Source: Longimicrobiales bacterium (lineage in GTDB: Bacteria > Gemmatimonadota > Gemmatimonadetes > Longimicrobiales > RSA9). From it: a stretch of DNA of 64,000 nt. The stretch lies in NCBI GenBank assembly GCA_046483065.1, contig JAWODW010000052.1:24666-88665 (forward strand), given 5' to 3'. Shown here one piece after another: positions 63,561 through 64,000 of this stretch. A program made the position numbers and the translations under genes. Positions within the stretch are counted from its first letter, which is position 1. Every line of letters begins with the position of its first letter. A model generated the notes under the pieces. That model was given only the letters and a program-made list of their open reading frames with translations, was not told where the DNA came from and did not search any database.

Positions 63561-64000
63561 ATGGAGATTCTGGTTTGCATCAAACGGGTGCCCGACCCGG
63601 CGGAGAACGAGATCAGCCTCGCGCCGGACGGAGACGATATCGAGCGGGACGACCTGGTGTATTCGGTCAACGAGTGGGACAACTACGCCGTCGAGGAAGC
63701 GGTCCGGATCGTCGAAGAGGAGGGCGGGACCGTAACGGTGGTCTCCGTCGACAGCGATGAGGGCGAAGACATCATCTATCGCGAGATGGCCATGGGCGCG
63801 GAGGAAGGCCGCCTGCTGAGCGACGCGGCGTTCGAGGGGTCCGACGGTCTCGGCACCGCCCGGATCCTCGCCGCCGCCGCGCAGAAAGGCTCCTATGACC
63901 TGATCCTGACCGGCGCGCAGGCCGACGACGGCGCCGCGCAGGTGGGCGGGATGCTCGCGGCGCTCCTCGACTGGCCGTACGCCTCGGTGGTGAACCTCAT
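63561..64000 (+). CDS. etfB: Electron transfer flavoprotein subunit beta (EtfB), partial (runs off the window end)
   Basis: Not in the track (no stop in the window). ATG 63561 gives MEILVCIKRVPDPAENEISLAPDGDDIERDDLVYSVNEWDNYAVEEAVRIVEEEGGTVTVVSV...LILTGAQADDGAAQVGGMLAALLDWPY. Confidence 0.85.
   Translation, partial: MEILVCIKRVPDPAENEISLAPDGDDIERDDLVYSVNEWDNYAVEEAVRIVEEEGGTVTVVSVDSDEGEDIIYREMAMGAEEGRLLSDAAFEGSDGLGTARILAAAAQKGSYDLILTGAQADDGAAQVGGMLAALLDWPYASVVNL

Overview
High-GC (about 70%), gene-dense bacterial chromosomal segment. I call about 60 protein-coding genes and saw no rRNA, tRNA or CRISPR array. The host looks diderm: there are several beta-barrel outer-membrane proteins ending in an aromatic residue, plus a lipobox. 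All calls come from motif and architecture recognition in the supplied translations and from reading the DNA; no searches were run.

Main blocks, in order:
- ArsR plus SRPBCC pair, PlsC-type acyltransferase, and assorted small enzymes.
- An HAO-family octaheme cytochrome c gene that stays in one reading frame but is cut by an in-frame TGA and an in-frame TAG.
- A minus-strand operon: cytochrome c, DUF2270, Usp, SLC13/TrkA-C permease, His-rich CPH-type CopB ATPase.
- Fpg-like glycosylase, a P2-type ATPase, and a translationally coupled macro-domain/bactofilin pair.
- A pfkB, beta-PGM, GH65 phosphorylase operon.
- A porin, BCCT transporter and 146-aa protein operon.
- An 8-gene Mrp-like cluster in the order E-F-G-B-C-D-D-D, with serial GTGA start/stop overlaps and three antiporter-like subunits.
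- Tandem USP, a CNNM/CorC protein, and a type IA topoisomerase whose Cys-free C-terminus is three helical repeats.
- A decayed PIN (VapC-like) remnant.
- A group 3b (sulfhydrogenase-type) NiFe hydrogenase operon with its maturation protease, preceded by a perfect TGTGA-N6-TCACA palindrome.
- FtsH and an S9 peptidase.
- A REP/RAYT-type Y1 transposase unit bracketed by perfect 26-bp inverted repeats and tandem repeats.
- A BNR/sortilin-like protein.
- A beta-oxidation cluster: fadB, fadA, acyl-CoA dehydrogenase, a membrane EtfD-like Fe-S oxidoreductase, and the start of etfB.

Many long ORFs in the track are antisense or alternate-frame artefacts of the high GC content and were rejected.
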